A stretch of 64,000 bases of DNA, from positions 7,316,001-7,380,000 of the forward strand of contig OZ249443.1 of the NCBI GenBank assembly GCA_965235115.1, given 5' to 3'. The position numbers were made by a program, and so were the translations under genes. The DNA is from Laetmonice hystrix. Taxonomy: Eukaryota. Positions 61,098 to 64,000 of the stretch are shown in pieces (the stretch's first letter is position 1; every line of letters starts with the position of its first letter). Below the pieces are notes generated by a model. That model had not been told where the DNA came from, did no database searches, and worked only from the letters and a program-made list of their open reading frames with translations.

Positions 61098-61333
61098 ACG
61101 TTGTTGATTTAGGACCTTACTACTCACTGATACTAGTGTCGTAGTGATACTGATACTGATAGTGTTGGTCATATCTGTGGTCATGGATCTACGCCAAAGA
61201 CACAGATTTTTATTTTCTCGGCGCTTTCCCCGCAAACTCCGGGCTCTGCCTGGGAAAAATCGCCTTCGTTTTCACTCTCGAGAAACGTGACCGTGTAGCC
61301 ATCAATAATTATAATCTAGTAAATAAAACTTAC

Positions 61334-61540
61334 TGTATTTCGGCGGATCTTTCCTCTACTGCGGCACCATCTGCTTTCTTCGATGTCAGTTCGATTAAAT
61401 ACGGTCCAGTTATTCCGATAAGTCTGTAAGATCGCACCTGCTGCCGATGTCAAATTAAAACCGACGGTTGAATCCTCGGTTCACGAGTAATTCTCGTGGA
61501 ACCAGACGGCGACGAGATATTCCGCGAGATACGGACTGTA
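61334..61540 (-). other. Candidate non-coding first exon of GPSM
   Basis: CpG-rich block ending in a strong minus-strand donor (aca/gtaagt at 61333); no in-frame ATG found. Confidence 0.4.
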
Positions 61541-61856
61541 CCAAATATTGGGAGGGCGGGGGTGGGGTGGGTGTATGGTTGTTTTGTTTCTAGGGATGTT
61601 GCTCAATATCTGAGAGTATCTTGTCAAAAAGGTGACGATTTCTTTATGTATAACTGTTGCTACAGATAAAAATCTTAGATTTAGTATCTATGTGATCTAG
61701 AGCCCAGTCATTTCAGAAACAGTTTCCGTCTGAAAGCCTACCTACCCTCCTCCAATTTGTTAGAATCTAGATGTTACACTTCCGGTTCACTGGCGGTGGG
61801 AAGACGTATGAAAACCTAACACACTTTTTTTTAGGATATTGTACATCGTTAGCACA
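61540..61856. promoter_or_regulatory. Probable bidirectional promoter between GPSM and XAB2
   Basis: Head-to-head gene layout; ETS-type motif cacttccgg at about 61777; GC-box-like gggagggcgggggtgggg at about 61550. Confidence 0.45.
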
Positions 61857-64000
61857 ATGCCGGTATCAACGGACGTGACCGATATATTCTTTGTAAGTAT
61901 GATGGAGATATGTAGACGTTTACAGAGGCCAAATGTCATGGGAATAATAACTAAACGCCTAATGGAAGAAAAATACCCTTTTATCGCCCAAAGCAGCACG
62001 GTTGTTTTCATTTTTCTCACAGTGTCAGTGAGTGACATGACATGAGTGTACAACTGTGGCATTGAGAGATGATGAGGTGGAGGTGACGCAGTAGTCAGTG
62101 AATTTTCTTTAGATTTTTGCTTTACAGATTGTGGTCTTGTTCTTTTCTGATTTAATTAAATGCTTGTCTATTTTAATAATGCTTCCTCAAACATTTTTTA
62201 AATTGAATTTGAATGATGTGTGAGTTATATAATATTGTGCCTTTCTGAATCACTTGCAGTTTTAAGTAGCCTATTCCCTGTCTCCAAGCAGGGTCCATGA
62301 CAGTCTTGGTAACGCCAGCTTCTCAGATAAGAGAGTCTAGGAGATTTCCGATCTTTCATTGTTACCGCATGGTGGCGCATCGAACGTTTAGGAACATAAG
62401 CGGCCCGAGGAGGCCAGAGAAAAACAAAACAACCGACCTTTTCGCTTTACGAAAATTCGCTTGATAAAATTGCTCGACAACACTAAATCTACGTTTTACT
62501 AAGAAAAAGTCGTCATCATGTATAAAATATGACTCTAGGCCCCCTATTTTGGCTATAGGCCTATAGGCCGACTGATTGCATTATGCGGTGTAAAGCGAAC
62601 ACCTGTGTGTGCATGCATGTCAATTGTCAGTTGAAATTTGAAAAATCCTTAATACTATCTTACTTAGTTCTTAAAGTTCTATGGTTCATACAATAAAGTT
62701 AATTGCTTATAAAACGACATATACTAGCCTATATGTAGGCCTAGGTGACCGATTAAACAGATGCTGTCTCAGGTTTGGAAATATGGCAGTGATCTAGGCC
62801 CCTATGCCGTGCTGGGCAGTGCGCCGCGGGGATATAGGCCGGCACTTACTGGCTCACCCGCCGGGAGCGACCGGTGGAGGCCAGGGGCAGGGGAGCGATC
62901 GAGGCGGCAGGCAGGCAGGACGCCAGAGTCCATGCAAGCAGGGATGATGCCGCCCTTGCAAAACGTCTCTAGACTAGAATGTAAAACACACATTCTGCCC
63001 AATAGCGCTCCAATATTAGTTACGGGTTTTCCTATTAAACCGAGGCTGTCCCAGGCTTGAAAATATGGCAGATGCCGCACTGAGCAGCAGACTGCGGAAA
63101 GTCGGACTTGCAGGCTCACCCCGGCGGGAGGGACCGAGCCCGAGGTGGCGGCCGGGGCTGCAGGCGGGGTAGGCCTACCGAAGTCTGTGCATGCATGATG
63201 CCGCCGTTGGAGGCTTGTATAAAACGTCGCTAGAACGCTAGAACCAGCCGTTGATCAGCATGAGCAGACTTCCGTTAAATATAACCAATCGGCTGCAAGA
63301 CGACCGGATGCAGAATTCCTGTAGCCTACTTTTTGAAAGCCGCTTATGTCTCGGAACAGTCTCACAACCGGGAGATACAAAAGCTTCCAGACCCTCTGCT
63401 AGGGCCGCTGAGGGTCTGGATGATCGAGACTGGGTCCATGAGAGACCCCGTTGGCTAGAGTAGAATAAGATAGCTAGGGAGGGCAAAAACAAATCTCATC
63501 AAAATTATATGAATAAATAACAACAGGGCAACATACACGATTCCATTGGCCACTTCTGTTATGACTTATGTCAGAATCGGGTTGTTTATGCGGCTAGATC
63601 ACGTACAAATGTTCCCAAGCTTCTGCCAGCTCAAACGTTTTTCCATGAATCAGGTGATGGGAAATAAAAATTTTTATCATAAGTAATTATTTATTTATTT
63701 TTTTTAATAATGGCTCATTCCCACAGTAGCTTCAGGAGAACACACTCCAGACACGACCATTGGCAGTGGCATTTTTCCCACACCAGAAGCCAAGATCCTC
63801 CCTTTTGGCTATCTGTCTGGTGCAGTTACATGCCTTATAAGTTATAACAAGGTTTCCTAGAATGAAAATAAACTGAGTCTCTAAAATTCTCAACCATTTA
63901 GGAAGAGGAAGATGTTCCTTATGAGGAGGATATTCTGCGGAATCCATACTCTGTGAAATCGTGGTTGCGATATATTGAACACAAGAAGAGTGCACCCAGA
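61857..64000 (+). CDS. XAB2: Pre-mRNA splicing factor SYF1/XAB2, 5' part (runs off the window)
   Basis: Exon 61857-61892 MPVSTDVTDIFF/gtaagt joins in phase 0 to exon 63902-64000 EEEDVPYEEDILRNPYSVKSWLRYIEHKKSAPR, recognisably the XAB2 N-terminus (human ...DLVFEEEDLPYEEEIMRNQFSVKCWLRYIEFK). Confidence 0.92.
62761..63245 (+). repeat. Degenerate ~285-bp direct duplication in XAB2 intron 1
   Basis: gctgtc(t/c)cagg..tg(g)aaatatggcag at about 62763 and 63044; atgatgccgcc...aaaacgtc..tag at about 62945 and 63195. Confidence 0.6.

Noticed and set aside
61806-61834. GT...AG mini-intron in the XAB2 5' UTR
   Set aside because: Only 29 nt, too short to accept without transcript evidence

Overview
Eukaryotic (bilaterian invertebrate, probably a marine spiralian; species cannot be determined from sequence alone) genomic window with spliced genes and many short repeats. 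Six protein-coding genes are supported. (1) A single-coding-exon, secreted and probably GPI-anchored LRR protein (1633-3234, +). (2) A membrane protein with 12 sushi/CCP exons, all phase 1-1, plus a TM/tail exon (5929-15112, +; leader exon not found). (3) An aquaporin with two NPA boxes and a non-canonical ar/R filter (15832-18941, -; start exon not found). (4) An orphan class C (mGluR-like) GPCR in 3 exons (39435-42515, +). (5) A GPSM/LGN/AGS3/Pins orthologue with TPRs and 4 GoLoco motifs in 11 coding exons (48207-57260, -). (6) The first two exons of XAB2/SYF1 (61857-64000, +), head-to-head with GPSM. About 19-39 kb has no recognisable coding exon and is rich in MITEs, a Tc1/mariner relic and a tRNA-derived SINE. 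The most unusual signals are minisatellites built from splice-donor sites (one 41-bp unit looks like a complete miniature intron repeated about 29 times), a 1,024-bp TG..CA palindromic element with a 6-bp TSD and internal hairpin units, a MITE family with 5-bp TSDs, and strong enrichment of TA-(4-bp palindrome)-TA octamers. All coordinates were read by eye and may be off by a few bases. No database searches were run.
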